Source: Eledone cirrhosa
Taxonomy: Eukaryota
DNA length: 64,000 nt
Reading direction: 5' to 3'
Assembly (NCBI GenBank): GCA_964016885.1
Contig: OZ024740.1
Span: 156,426,001-156,490,000, forward strand
Made by a program: the position numbers and the translations under genes. This document shows positions 12,853 to 26,109 of the stretch, one piece after another. Numbering within the stretch: position 1 is the stretch's first letter; each line of letters starts with the position of its first letter. The notes beneath the pieces were generated by a model. The model was not told the origin of the DNA, did not search any database, and saw nothing but the letters and a program-made list of their open reading frames with translations.

Positions 12853-13486
12853 GGTCTAGACATGAGGAAACCATTTCGATATTAAACTTGATGTTTACAT
12901 TCTAATAATGTATTGAATACCTTACTAACTGTGGTTAGCCTCGATTGAACCCAAGACTCACATACTTGCTTACGTATTCGCTATGTTAGAGCAAAAACCC
13001 AAATTCTAATTTTGTTTTTAATTTTCGGCAAAGCCAGTCGTAACATCTTGCGTGTATAGTAGGGTGAAGAACAAAACTCGTCAAAGGGCGGAAAAAACTC
13101 AGGAGAGTCAACGGCCATCCATTAAAGTTTTTCTTTTGTGTGGAGCGAGAGAGGCATAGTCTTCATTAAGACATCTCTCTAGGAGAAGGTCACTCTGATA
13201 TAAAACCTCTGCGACTTCTTTTGCATCCAATGACGTAGACCAGTTCTTCTTTTGGGGCAAATGCATTCGATTTTCAAAGAGTGGGATTGGCCGCGTATAA
13301 AGCCTTTCCTCACTTAAAAAAGCTTCGAGCACAAGCGTCACTTGATATGTGACAATTTTTGCAATGCATGGTATTGCTGACCATAGGCAAGTCCCTGGCA
13401 GGACTAAAAAGCCACACCGTGATGCTCATGCTTAAGTATCAAGTGATGGCATTACTCGAAATCAAGTTGCAGCCATTATATATGTA

Positions 13487-13586
13487 CAGGGTGTCCCCAA
13501 CAAATGTATACACACTTTAACAGTATTACAATAAATATTGCCTGTGCAGGTAATCAAAGTATGTATACATTTTTTGGGACACCTTG
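13487..13586. mobile_element. Tc1/mariner-type MITE (~100 bp); degenerate second copy at ~46375-46454
   Basis: TA|CAGGGTGTCCC..AAATGTATACA ... TGTATACATTTTTTGGGACACCTTG|TA: terminal inverted repeats flanked by TA. Confidence 0.7.
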
Positions 13587-13589
13587 TAT

Positions 13590-13621
<32 letters not shown>

Positions 13622-13622
<1 letters not shown>

Positions 13623-15253
13623 GAATATATCGATAGAATATTACCCACTCTTAAATTGAGATCTAATTTGAGCTTGTGGAAAGATAAAAATGAAGTCATA
13701 GAATGGTACAGGAATATAGATGATAAGAAAAACCATAAATTCATCCAGATGGACATTACAAGCTACTATTCTTCCATAACACCTAACCTTCTAAATAAGG
13801 CTCTTTCATATGCTTATAAGCATACTGATATAACTACGGATGAAATTGACATCATACTAACAGCCAGAAGAACTCTTATTAACTTCAACAATGAATATTG
13901 GACCCGCTCAGATAGAGATAGAAACTTTGATATCACTATGGGGGCATCCGATTCTGCGCAAATTACAGATCTTCTGGGAATTTTCATATTAAATATGATA
14001 AATAGAAAACTGCCGGAGATTACCGGTGGTTTATATAGGGACGACATTTTATTTACGGTGGTTAAACACAACAATATAGAACTAAATAGAGTAAAGAAAA
14101 GTATAATAGAATTCTTTAAAATGTATGACCTTAAGTTAGAAGTAGAAAATGGTACCAAAATAGTTAATTTCCTAGACGTTACGTTTGACTTAAACACTGG
14201 CTTTTATTACCCTTTTCATAAGCCCAATGAAAACTTAAACTATGTTAGTAACCATTCCAATCACCCTAAATCTGTAAAAAAAGGTATAGTAAATAGTGTG
14301 CAAAAACGAATTAATAAAATATCAGCCAATAAAGCTATATTTGATGAAAACGCTGAATACTACAACAAAGCGTTAAAAAGAGCAGGATATGTGAATAATA
14401 TAGAATATGTAGATAATAATAATCCAAGTATTAATCTTGATAAAAATAACAACATATATAAGAGAAACTCTAATAATTATAATTCAAACACCCATACACC
14501 AAATAAATTGAGGAAAAGAACTAGAAATAAATCAGTCATATGGTTCGCCCCCCCCTCCCCCCTGCTTCGGTCGCAGTTAGAACGCCAATTGCAAAATCAT
14601 TCTTTAATTCTTTGGACACCTCTTTCCCTAATCAACATAAATACCATTCCATTTTTAATAGACACACCATTAAATTCTCGTATTCTACAACTATGAACAT
14701 GGCCCAAAACATTGCCAAATTAAACACTAAAATTCTAAAGCAAAACCAGCATAATGATCTTAATAATAGCGTTAACATAAATGATACTAAACCAAAATGT
14801 AATTGTAGAAATAAAACTGACTGCCCTCTGCAAAATAATTGTCTAGATAGTAATTTGGTTTATAAATGCACCGTAAAAACTGATCACACCACATACAACT
14901 ACATAGGATCGACTTCTACATTTAAAGCCAGATTTACGAACCATAAATGCTCATTCTCGAACTCCAAGAGGAAATCATCCACTTCTTTATCACAGCTCAT
15001 ATGGTCATTAAAAGAGATGAATTTAAAATACTCCATTCTTTGGACAAAACTTCGGAATTGTGGGGTTTACCGCAACTCTAGTATATCAAATAACTGCGCG
15101 CTCTGTACAAGGAGACCCTGTTGATTATTAATAACTATGAGACCCTAATTAACAAATAAGTGAATTATTCTCTAGTTGCCTTCATAAAGCTACGTCTACA
15201 TTCCTAGCCTCCCCCAAAACCAGAAAAAAAGAGAAAGAAACACTAAACCATTA
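13622..15253 (+). pseudogene. PLE reverse transcriptase/GIY-YIG endonuclease ORF, broken by frameshifts (C-run ~14550; ~15110)
   Basis: ORF-track pieces 13584-14696 and 14540-15124 join into one RT-EN polyprotein collinear with 20048-21355. Confidence 0.85.
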
Positions 15254-16673
15254 AAAACCTGGTTTTCAGATGTAATTAATCAACGGAAAAACAGTAATGG
15301 CCTTTAATATTGCATTATCTTATAACTATCTATAGAAGAAATAACGCTCGAATGAATGACACTTGTTCAATAACACGCTGACACGTTGATATACATAACA
15401 TAATATTATTAACTTTGATCCATACCATTATTTATCTATCTTTATTTTCCTATCTAGTTTTAAATTTTAGTTTAAATATCCAACATGTTTATTTTTACGG
15501 AACTTATTTTTAACTGTGAATCATTCATGTGTTTACATTTTTTTAATTTATAATATGTATGTAATTATCTTTTGTAAGTTTTTAAATATACCTACCTTAA
15601 TTTTCTATCCATGATTCAAATATAGAGCAAATATCCAACCTATAAATTATTACGGACCTTATTTTTAACTCTGAATTATCCATGCATTTATTATTATTAT
15701 TTTTCTTATATATATATATGTATTTAACTGTAACACGTTGAAATATATTATATAAGATTATAATCGTTATCATTTACCTAAAGTATACTGTATCACTAAT
15801 ACTTAATATATATCTATATATATCTTTCTGTATCTCTCTATACCTAATTTTTAGATAACTTTTAAATTTTTAGATTATTATTTATTTCGAACTGTGAATA
15901 ATTCATGCATTTACACCTTTTTATATATATGTATCTATTTAACTTTAGCATGTTTGAATCTATTATTTTATATTCGTTATCATTTACCTAAAATATACTG
16001 GCTCATTAATATATCTCTATATACCTAATCGTCATTTAAATATTTCTAACAATAAGTACTTCATAAACTTTACATAACGAAAATGTTGACATTTTTATAG
16101 GTATTCTTCGTTAAAGATTACATTTAGGAAAATATTCAACAGTGTAAATTTTCCTTTCGCTGGCCAGGTAAATTTTATCTTTAAATTTTATCCTCATAAA
16201 ATTCAGAAGTTTAGAAATGTTAACACACTTATAGAATTTATAAAATTAATAAATATAAATAACCAGCAATTTTTAAAAAAACCTAAAATCTTGAACCTTC
16301 ACCCTTAAAATAACATAAATTAAATATTTTGAAACTTAACCGTTTAGCTTTTGGGAAAAAATCTCTTTCTGCATATATTACTCCCCTTTATCTTTCCCTC
16401 TCTTTAAATCATCTTTCAGCGGCCCTCATGGACTGTTATAATTCATGAAATGTTTTCCTAGATAACCATAACTTGTAGTATCTTACATTTTAAAATCTCT
16501 ATGGCTGTCACATTAACCAACGTTTTTCTTACTCACACATTCTCTATTGAATTTATTACGTTTTCGCATTTTCTCATTATTAGGGTATAAATGTTGAGTT
16601 TTCTCTTAGGTTAATCACTACCTTGATTAAATCTTAACCATTTAACATCCCAGGGTATGTCATGTATCATTAT

Positions 16674-16726
16674 ATTTTGTCTGATGAGGACGTACTGTTG
16701 TACCTCTGAAATATGTATAATAAAAT
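16674..16726 (+). ncRNA. Minimal type I hammerhead at Naiad 3' end
   Basis: ATTTTGT-CTGATGA-GG...CT-GAAA-TATGTA-TA-ATAAAAT: stem I with one G-U, palindromic stem III, AUA site. Homologous to 62563-62626. Confidence 0.75.
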
Positions 16727-16880
16727 TTAATTGATCAAAAGAACATCTATTTTATTAATATTTGTATTTTAATATATATAAATATATGTATGTATATATA
16801 TGTATATATATAAGTTGTGAGTCTTGAATCAGTAGAAACAATGTTTAAATGTATTTCTTTCTAGGGTAAGATAATTATTT

Positions 16881-17010
16881 CATTTACCAGTGGTTTCTTG
16901 AAGGCCGATGTTATGTCTGTCTTCAGTCGTCAGAATGAATAATGTTATTTATTCATTCTGACGACTGAAGACAGACATAACATCTCGCTTCAAGAAACCA
17001 CTGGCAAATG
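16881..17010. ncRNA. ~60-bp inverted repeat made of two head-to-head hammerheads
   Basis: Minus arm: CATT-CTGACGA-C-TGAAG...CTTCA-A-GAAA-CCACTGG-TA-AATG. The plus arm is similar but has GCA at the cleavage site. Confidence 0.75.
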
Positions 17011-17303
17011 TATTTTTTTCTATGTAAAATACAGAAGACAAATGCGGTAAGAAGTGATGTTCTGTGTGAAATGTTTTTATAATGCAAATTCTGTTATAGA
17101 ATATCGGTGGATTTATCAACAACGGAAACATGATAATAATAGCAAAATCTACTGATTTATGAAACGTTGATAAATTTTCCAACGTGATCTGATTGATATA
17201 TAATGAATTAAATTTAGTATTGCAAATCCACTTGTAAGCATGATTTTAGTATTACATACGTATTATCTTTTATCGTTTTTTCGATAGCCCCTCATATGTA
17301 CAT

Positions 17304-17305
<2 letters not shown>

Positions 17306-17385
<80 letters not shown>

Positions 17386-17386
17386 A

Positions 17387-17443
<57 letters not shown>

Positions 17444-17476
17444 GCGCACACGCGCACACACACACACACGCGCGCG

Positions 17477-17571
<95 letters not shown>

Positions 17572-17589
17572 ATGTGTGTGTGAGAGAGA
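17306..17589. repeat. Compound (CA)n/(TA)n/(TG)n microsatellite
   Basis: Read directly. It explains the spurious VC/HT/YI ORFs. Many similar tracts occur across the window, e.g. 18897-19088 and 50203-50383. Confidence 0.97.
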
Positions 17590-17690
17590 GTCCCGAGTTC
17601 AATCGAGGGTAACAATAAGTAACGAACTCAAAATAATAGGAAATCCTGGTGATTTCTTTCGAATGAAACAGTTTTAGTCCTGTAGAAGCC

Positions 17691-17732
<42 letters not shown>

Positions 17733-17738
17733 TCATTA

Positions 17739-18895
17739 TCTATAAAAGGCAGATTATTGTTGTTGTGGGTGTGTGTGTGCATGTTCCATGTTTATACATT
17801 TGCATAATTTAAAACCGATTCGACTCAAAGTCTGTAAGAATGTTGTAAATGGTCTAACGGAGGTCAACGACTATTTATTTCATTCAAACTCACCCACAAT
17901 TACAGAAATAATCGATAAAACTAAATACATGACGCTTTACCCCTCTAATACAATCAGATTATCTCTCTCTACTCACCTTAAAATTCGATAAAACTATATA
18001 CATGCTGCAACTTTCTCTGATATACGATTAAACTTACAAACTTTAAGAGAGAGAGAGAGAGAGAGAGTGAGAGGGAGAGAGAGAGAGTGAGAGGGAGAGA
18101 GAGAGAGAGAGAGGGAAGTTTGTTTTTGAGTGTGGAACGGTCAAACATTTATTTACTTCAATAACAAAGAGAACTTATTACATTTCATACGAAGCAACAA
18201 TTATTCAAAAGCAACAAATAAATTTATTCAACAACAAATAAAAAATAGCGATAAATCTTTTTTAAAAGATCTCTTTTTAAAACATCTATCAATGAACGTG
18301 GAAGAAAGAAGTATCAATTCATTTACTATAAACAATAATATCCTCTAAGAGGTCACTAAACCTGCTAGAAACAGCAGCTAACTCTCCCCCATATCACACC
18401 ACTCCTTACTGTCTTAAATTTAGAAAATATATCCTCTATGAGGTCACTAAACCTGCTAGAAACAGTAGCTAACTCTCCCCCATATCACACCCCTCCCTAT
18501 TGTCTTAAATTTAGAAAACACACAGACAACCATACAGAAAAACTCCATCGCAGCTCTGTTGTTCGGCTGGCATCGTCTACGCGCGTATTGTGCAAGTACT
18601 GTGAAACAATAAATTTCAAATCGATTCGACTTAAAGTCTGTAAGAATGTTGTAAATGGTCTAACTTAGATCAACGACTATTTACTTTTTTCCAACTCACC
18701 CACAATTACGGAAATAATCGATAAAACTAAATACATGACGCTTTACCCCTCTAATACATTCTGATTACCTCTCTCTACTCCCCTTAACATTCGATAAAAC
18801 TACATACATGCTGCAACTTTCTCTTATATACGCTTAAACCCACTCCTTACAAACTTCCTTTAGGAACTCGGAAGAAAGAAGAGAGAAAGAAATGA

Positions 18896-18987
<92 letters not shown>

Positions 18988-18998
18988 AGACAGTGAGT

Positions 18999-19092
<94 letters not shown>

Positions 19093-19682
19093 TTTGTTTT
19101 TGAGTGTGGAACGGTCAAACATTTATTTACTTCAATGACAACGAAGAGAACTTATTACATTTCATACCAAACAACAATTATTCAAAAGCAACAGATACAT
19201 TTATTCAACAACAACAAAAAAAAAATAGCGATAAATTTTTTTTAAAAGATCTCTCAACGAACGTGGAAGAAAGAAGTATCAGTTTATTTACTATACACAA
19301 TAATATCCTTTATGAGGCCACTAAACCTGCTAGAAACCGCAGCTAACTCTCCCCCAAATCACACCCCTCCCTACTGTCTTAAATTTAGAAAACACAAAGA
19401 CAACCATGCAAAACAACTCTATCACAGCTCAGTTGTTCGTCTACGCGCGTGTTGCGCAAGTACTGTGAAACAACAAATTTCAACACTTCTTTGCACAGAG
19501 ATAATATCCATAGGCGAAACTACAATTGTCACTGCTGGCGCAGCTGCTGCTTCGGCAGTCCAGGTCTGAAATTCATTCACCCAGTGCCTGGCAGACAAAA
19601 AAGTGCTGTCATAAAATGGGTGGTGCACCACCCATTTTATGGTAACTTACTGACCCCGAGCAACGCCGGGCTTTAATTCTAG
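17739..19682 (+). mobile_element. Non-autonomous Helitron with internal ~0.8-kb tandem duplication
   Basis: 5' A|TCTATAAAAGG. 3' GC-rich hairpin CCCGAGCAACGCCGGG followed by CTAG|T. Duplicated blocks at ~17810-18610 and ~18615-19480. A related 5' fragment lies at ~52578-52900. Confidence 0.75.
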
Positions 19683-20055
19683 TATATATATATATAAATA
19701 TATATAGTAATAATAATAAAATTGAAGACTAAAATCCAAAGAGGGCTCGATAAGGAAAATATATATCAGATATATAAGAACCGAAGAGCAAATATTTATT
19801 AAAATAACAGATTAAAGTTTAAGCAAAGAATCGCTGCTTTCACCCTTAACGGGATCTTCTGAAACTAACAAAGTCAATCTGTAAACGCAGAACTGGATAT
19901 TTCAAAAAACGTTGCAACCGGAGGAAGACCGGAAGACGATACTTTGGTTCATGGTGACGTTCGCTGGCAAAGAACGGGAAAAAACGAATAATACGTCATT
20001 AATAGGAGCGGTGAAAAACAATTACGCGCAAAGGCAGAACCACGTTTATGTTATA

Positions 20056-21355
20056 TAAGGATTTCGAAGTTGATGTCATCCTTAATGCCCGAAAGTCGGT
20101 GATTAATTTCGACGACTCTATTTGGATTAAAAAATCCAATAGTACCCCATTCGACGTGAGTATGGGCGCCAGTGACTCTGCGGAGGTTACTGATCTTATT
20201 GGCCTTTTCCTCCTTTTCTCTATCAAGGACGAATTCCCCAACGCGGGCGGTGGTTTGTACCGTGACGATGGTCTTTTGACCATGACTAAGTGCGGACCTC
20301 GTGCTTGCGACAGATTCAGAAAAGAACTCACAGCCTTCTTTAAAGGCTTCAACCTCTCTATACAGGTTGAGGCCAATCTCTCGGTCGTTAATTACCTCGA
20401 CGTTACCCTCAATTTATTGAATGGGTTGTATTACCCGTATAGAAAGCCGAATGATACGCTTAATTACATTAGTAAGCATTCCAACCATCCTGCCAGCATA
20501 ACCAAGAACCTGGTAAAAAACGTTTCGTTGAGGCTTTCCCGTCTTTCCACCAACGAGCGCATTTTCAACGACCATTCCACTTATTACAATGAAGCTCTTG
20601 CTCGAAGTGGATTTGTCGATAAGGTAGCATATACAGAGTACGGGAATAGACCTAGAAGAAATAGATCCCGTCGCATTTGTTGGTTTAACCCACCATATAA
20701 TATGGAGGTGGCCACACCATTAGCTAAGATCTTTCTTTCCCTTATTACGAAGCATTTTCCCCCAACACATAAATATAGTAAAATTTTTAATAGAAACACT
20801 ATTAAAATTTCTTACTCTACGACTCCTAACCTTGCACATAACATCACAGCTTCAAATTTAGCTAAACTACTACCTAGCCGTAGGAACACGTGCAACTCTG
20901 TAGTTAGTACTAACTGTAATTGTAGGAATCGGGCTGATTGCCCCCTATCCGGGAAATGCCTCTCTAGTAACATTGTCTACAAATGTGAGGTTGTAACACC
21001 CACGTCCCGTAGGGCCTACATAGGGTTAACCGCCAATAGTTTCAAGCAGCGTCTTTACATGCATACCCATTCTTTTCGTTACCCTCTAAGAAGGAATATG
21101 ACATCACTTTCAGCTTATATCTGGAGTCTAAAAGACAACCACACCCAATATAAGTTACACTGGGAGATCCTAGCTAGGGCTAGATCGTATAACGGAAATA
21201 AAAGACCATGTGACCTCTGCGCCGCTGAGGCCCTGGAAATACTCTACGCCACAGACCACATCTTAAACAAAAAATCTGAGACAATTTCGGCTTGTAAACA
21301 TAAATTGCACAAACCTTTCCTGTATTACAGCCCCACGTTATACCCTAACGGATAG
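20056..21355 (+). CDS. Uninterrupted C-terminal ~430 aa of PLE RT + GIY-YIG endonuclease (N-terminus missing)
   Basis: FDVSMGASDSAEV, GLYRDDGL, YLDVTL, WFNPPY, CNCRNRADCPLSGKC, VYKC...YIG, CDLC...E, C-K-H. The listed ATG lies in the inverted pLTR copy, so it is not the true start. Confidence 0.88.
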
Positions 21356-22281
21356 CACGATCTATACGTGGATATTTTACGTCTTGATGTGGGAACTAAG
21401 TATATGTTTTGTTTATTCCTTTACTTATTTGCATAGGTAAGTATATATTACCCGTATGTTTTGTGAAGATATGTATACCTTCTCGTACGTATATTTGACT
21501 GTTATGGCGTATAATTTTTACATATTCTGGTATTTAGGGTTTGGTTATGTGTATATGGGAGTTTTGCGTCTGCGCGAGTATGCCGGTTCGTACGTATGGT
21601 GGGTGTGTGTATATGTGTACTTTTTGTTTTAGTTGACTTACGTCTCCGAACCTTCGCGTATTTATTTGTAGGTATGTGTGTGCGCTTGTTATATACGTAT
21701 TTATTTACTTATACACGTTTATATAATTATTTATTTATTTGTACACAAGCATACACACATACACATATTTATATGTGTGTGGTTTTGTATACCTATGGTA
21801 AGGTTTTGCGTATGCTTGTGTATGTACGTATCTGTTTGCGTGTATGTATTTATTTGTTTCTATTACTTCTGTATTGTATTTATTTACTTTGTTCTTAACT
21901 CTGTAGCGGAGATTCATTCGGTCTCCTAGTTAGAATTTTAGTCTACAACTTCTGCTATACCATTTACGTGGTTTTGTCGTTGCGTGCTATTGTTCTCCAC
22001 GCTCCACATATGACTTATTATCTTCGTTTTTTCGTTCATTGCCAGAGAACGCCTCTATGCACCACTTAGAGAACATTAGTCTACGACTTTTTTATAACAT
22101 AAACGTGGTTCTGTCTTTGCGCGTAATTGTTTTTCACCGCTCCTGTTAATGACGTATTATTCGTTTTTTCCCGTTCTTTGCCAGCGAACGTCACCATGAA
22201 CCAAAGTATCGTCTTCCTGTCTTCCTCCGGTTGCAACGTTTTTTGAAATATCCAGTTCTGCGTTTACAGATTGACTTTGTT

Positions 22282-22332
22282 ACTTTCAGAAGATCCCGTT
22301 AAGGGTGAAAGCAGCGATTCTTTTCTTAAACT
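22282..22332 (+). ncRNA. Hammerhead-like fold with variant core CAGAAGA (better-paired copy on minus at 19816-19866)
   Basis: The minus copy reads AGTTT-CAGAAGA-T-CCC-GTTAA-GGG-T-GAAA-GCA-(9 nt)-TGC-TT-AAACT, and all three stems pair. Confidence 0.65.
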
Positions 22333-22367
22333 TTAATCTGTTATTTTAATAAATATAAATATATATA

Positions 22368-23143
22368 TAACTATGTTGCTTGTGTTTATTTCGATCTTCA
22401 GTTAGCTTCCCCCTGTGTTGTTTACTTGTCTCACTCGCTTTACGCGTTTCTATTGTCCTAATAACTTATTTTAGTTATTATCGCTCCAACGTGAGGTATA
22501 TGATTTTTAATGCGATGAAATACCCATGATCGTTTGGTAAATCACTGATGAGGGACTCATTTTATAACATGTTATCCATGTGCAACCAGCAGTATTCTTC
22601 TCACCCATATTTTCATATATTTACCCAAACTGCAATTCTGTGTTTCTCTCTTACTCTCTTACTGCTCCCTCGTTCTCTCTGTTTCTCTTACTTTCTTTCG
22701 TCCCCTCTGCCACGTCAGTTAACTCTTTCTCTCTACTGACCTCTTCCTCGCACTCCCACTCACTCAGTCCCTATTTCTCCCCTTCTTTCTTCCTCCCGTT
22801 CGCTGGGAAAACGGTTTTCATCCTTTCTAACACCGGATTCACTTGCGAAAGGTCTGTTTTCTGACTCGCTCATATATTCACACAGCTTATGCTGAAAGAA
22901 TAACTATGTTGCTTGTGTTTATTTCCATCTTCGGTTAGCTTCCCCCTGTGTTGTTTACTTGTCTCACTCGCTTTACGCGTTTCTATTGTCCTAATAACTT
23001 ATTTTAGTTATTATCGCTCCAACGTGAGGTATATGATTTTTAATGCGATGAAATACCCATGATCGTTTGGTAAATCACTGATGAGGGACTCATTTTATAA
23101 CATGTTATCCATGTGCAACCAGCAGTATTCTTCTCACCCATAT

Positions 23144-23153
<10 letters not shown>
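22368..23153 (+). repeat. Partial tandem duplication (period 533; 253-bp direct repeat), pLTR-like
   Basis: 22368-22620 is nearly identical to 22901-23153. Both contain CTGATGAGGGA and the block is flanked by (TA)n. Confidence 0.85.
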
Positions 23154-23175
<22 letters not shown>

Positions 23176-23280
23176 CATCCTATTCTTCGTCACCTTAAAA
23201 TGATGATGAGGATCATATATATATATATATATATATGTTTTGCAATGTTTTTTTATATAAAATCGTGTGTCGAAACATAT

Positions 23281-26055
23281 ATTGTTATACTTGGGAAGGG
23301 TCATATTGTAATAATATAGCCAGAAATAATAACAGAACACACTCACTTAATCTTTAAGTGGGTCTTTCTTAGGGCCTTTCTACATTGGTCAGCTAATTTT
23401 CCCCCAGGCGAACATGACACTCTGGTATCGTACCATGAAGTGGCTTTCCCTATCTTATGTTTAGTCCTATCTAAGCTATTCCATGATTTGCTCCTGTATA
23501 ATGGGCAAATTCCTTTCATGTCCAGGTCTATGAGGGTCTTATATTTCTCCGTGCCACTTTGTATGCTCTGATTCTGACTCTTTGGTTGTAGCCAGACAAC
23601 TGCATGCGGTTGATGAAGTGTTGGATGTGTCTTTCCATTTCAGTTGGGTCGCACATGCGGGACACGTTCTTCATCACTCGTACCAAGTCTGCGATCAGAA
23701 TATTAAATTTAGCACTGTTGGATATTGCTGAGGTTTGGAGTATCAGGTATTTGGAGGCCATGGGTTTAGCATAGTGTGAGTGGAGAATTTGGGCCCTCTT
23801 GTCTATAATATTAATCCAGAGTTCCTTGTCTAATAGAGGTAGTCTATTGTTAGGGTGTTTGGAAGGGTAGACGACAGTTACAGTTATACTCTGGTGTATG
23901 CGGTTAGCTATCTGCTGGATGCTTTCCATTGTGCTATATTCTAAATCATGTTCATTAGTACTCTCTTGTGGGGTGTTCTTATTACTATATTAATGTCGTT
24001 TACATAACGAGAGTACATGATGTCTATGGAGCTCTCTTCAAGGAGATCTTTGAGTCTCCTTTCCCACCATACCATAAATAGATTGGCAACATCACCAGCT
24101 ATGCGGATGCCAGTGGCTGCTCCCTCATTCTGGGTGTAGATCTTTTCATTGAATTTAAACATATGGCCCTTTAGGGTAGTTTTAATACTAGCCCCTATTT
24201 CCTGCGCGACCATTTTTCTTACTTGATCATTGTTTTTGGATGTCCGTATGGCTTTGGTCCATCTATTCAATCTTCTCATGGGAGTCCTTTTAGCTATTGA
24301 GGTTATGGTGTGGGGTCTACCTCTTATGGGTCTACTAGGGCAGAAACAGCTAAGGTCATGGTTATCTAGGTACTCAGTGACTTAAGTAAGTCTAAGTAGG
24401 AGGCCCAATTCATTTGTGTCGACTTCACAGAACTCCACTTCGCTCTCACTGATTATTTCCACACATTTTTCCACAGCAAAATCAATGTTAATGGATGGGT
24501 ACAGTGATACTACATCCATAATGCCTATTATGCAGTTAGATAAGTTTTTGTTGCACTCATTGATTCTGTTGAAGAGGTCCTCTGTACTATCGCATACATC
24601 TGGGGACATCTTAATTATGGAGCGTATAACCACCGAGAGGAAGTAGGATATCCTGTAGTTGCTAGCAATATTGGCTCCGCATACAGGTCTTATTGGTGGT
24701 CCTATCGTCGCGTCGTCCACTGTCTTATGGTCTTTGCGGAGCCCATACAAGGGTCGTACGTCATTGTTAGACGCTTGGAAGTTGTTGGCAGTGCGTCTGC
24801 TTGGCTTTAGGATGTCCGTCCAGATCATCAGGTAAGCGTTGAGGATCTTTTCTCTCTCCTCATGAGTTTGTTGTGTTGTCTCGCTCGTGTTGATGATGTG
24901 GGGTTGCATAGCCTTGATATAATTTGGCATGCTGTCTATTGACATCCTACCAGATTTATCCCGTGTGCGCTGCTTGAGGCTAATTAGGCCTTCTACAGGT
25001 TTCCTTCCAAGTTGTTGGATTTCTGGTCTGCTTTGTCTCTTACTATATCGGTCTATTACTTGTCTAAGTTTATTTCTAGCAATGGTAAACTGTGCCTCTG
25101 TTTCGTCATCTATTTGTTGTGGCATACAAACTCTTTTATTAAAAGGTAATTTAGTGGGATAAATTTTGTTAATCTTATATGTTTTGTCAGCTGGGTAAAC
25201 TGTAAAACTAGAAATTTAGTCTATAGCATAAGATGTACAGAGGGTTCTTGCAGAAACATGACAACGACATACATAGGTGAGACAGCTCGAAGCATAGGGG
25301 AATGAATAGACCAACACTGGGGGGGGGGGGGGGGAAATTAAAAGGACAAAAAAAACATAAAACGATTCAGTACTATACGAACACGCCAGACAAAGACATG
25401 ACGGTAATATAGACAACATAGAAATTAAAATAATATCTAAACATAGAAATGACCCAACAGGTAGGCAAATTAGAGAAGCGAGTGAAATAGAGCTTAGAAA
25501 ACCAAAGTTAAACAGGAAAAACAAATGGAATAACAACAACAACCAAACAAACAATACTGACTTAAGGGAAATATAAATAAATAAATAACACAATACAAAT
25601 ACACAAACACAATAACAACAAACACATATAAACACATACTAGTAAACAAATATAGAATACAAAAACCAAACCACATACACTCACACCAAACATTATACAC
25701 ACAAAACAATATACACACACGCAAACGCATGCGCAGAGACGGAGAAAAAAATAAATACATAAATAAATAAAATTAAAATGGCGTAAATATCACAATACAA
25801 TACAATAGGGGGGAACATGATAATAGAACCACTGATGATGTTGCAGATGTGCAACGAAAGAACTTTGTTAGACTATAAATATATATTCATATCTGTATTT
25901 TTAACCGCTGTTCAATCAATGATAAACATTGATTGCCAAATAAATTAACTTTGGAGATATAAAAAATACAGAAGCGAAAACCAACCAAACAGTGAGTGTG
26001 TTCTGTTATTATTTCTGGCAATATTATTACAATATGACCCTCCCCAAGTATAACA
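23281..26055. mobile_element. Decayed Neptune-like PLE, head-to-head arrangement (RT part minus ~23348-25195; EN + 3' UTR plus ~25195-26055)
   Basis: ORF fragments match the 27601-29922 protein (DVVSLYPSI, SRYVNDIN). YIGET occurs on plus at ~25270. A hammerhead-like CTGATGA-T-GTTGCA..TGCAAC-GAAA lies at 25827-25870. The termini 23282-23347 and 25991-26055 are inverted repeats. Confidence 0.82.
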
Positions 26056-26069
26056 TTATATATAAATAA

Positions 26070-26109
<40 letters not shown>

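Larger units (their letters stand above)
13622..16770 (+). mobile_element. Naiad-like Penelope-like element, 5'-truncated, frameshifted
   Basis: RT motifs (MDITSYYSSI, FDITMGASDSAQI, GLYRDD, FLDVTF), WFAPP, CNCRNKTDCPLQNNC linker and GIY-YIG (VYKC...YIG). Long AT-rich 3' UTR with hammerhead. Flanked by (TA)n. Confidence 0.9.
19792..22356 (+). mobile_element. Naiad-like PLE, 5'-truncated, with inverted copy of its 3' 260 bp at the 5' end
   Basis: 19792-20055 is the reverse complement of 22093-22356, and the RT-EN ORF lies between them. It ends in TA repeats. A further 3'-end remnant is at ~53291-53560 (minus). Confidence 0.92.
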
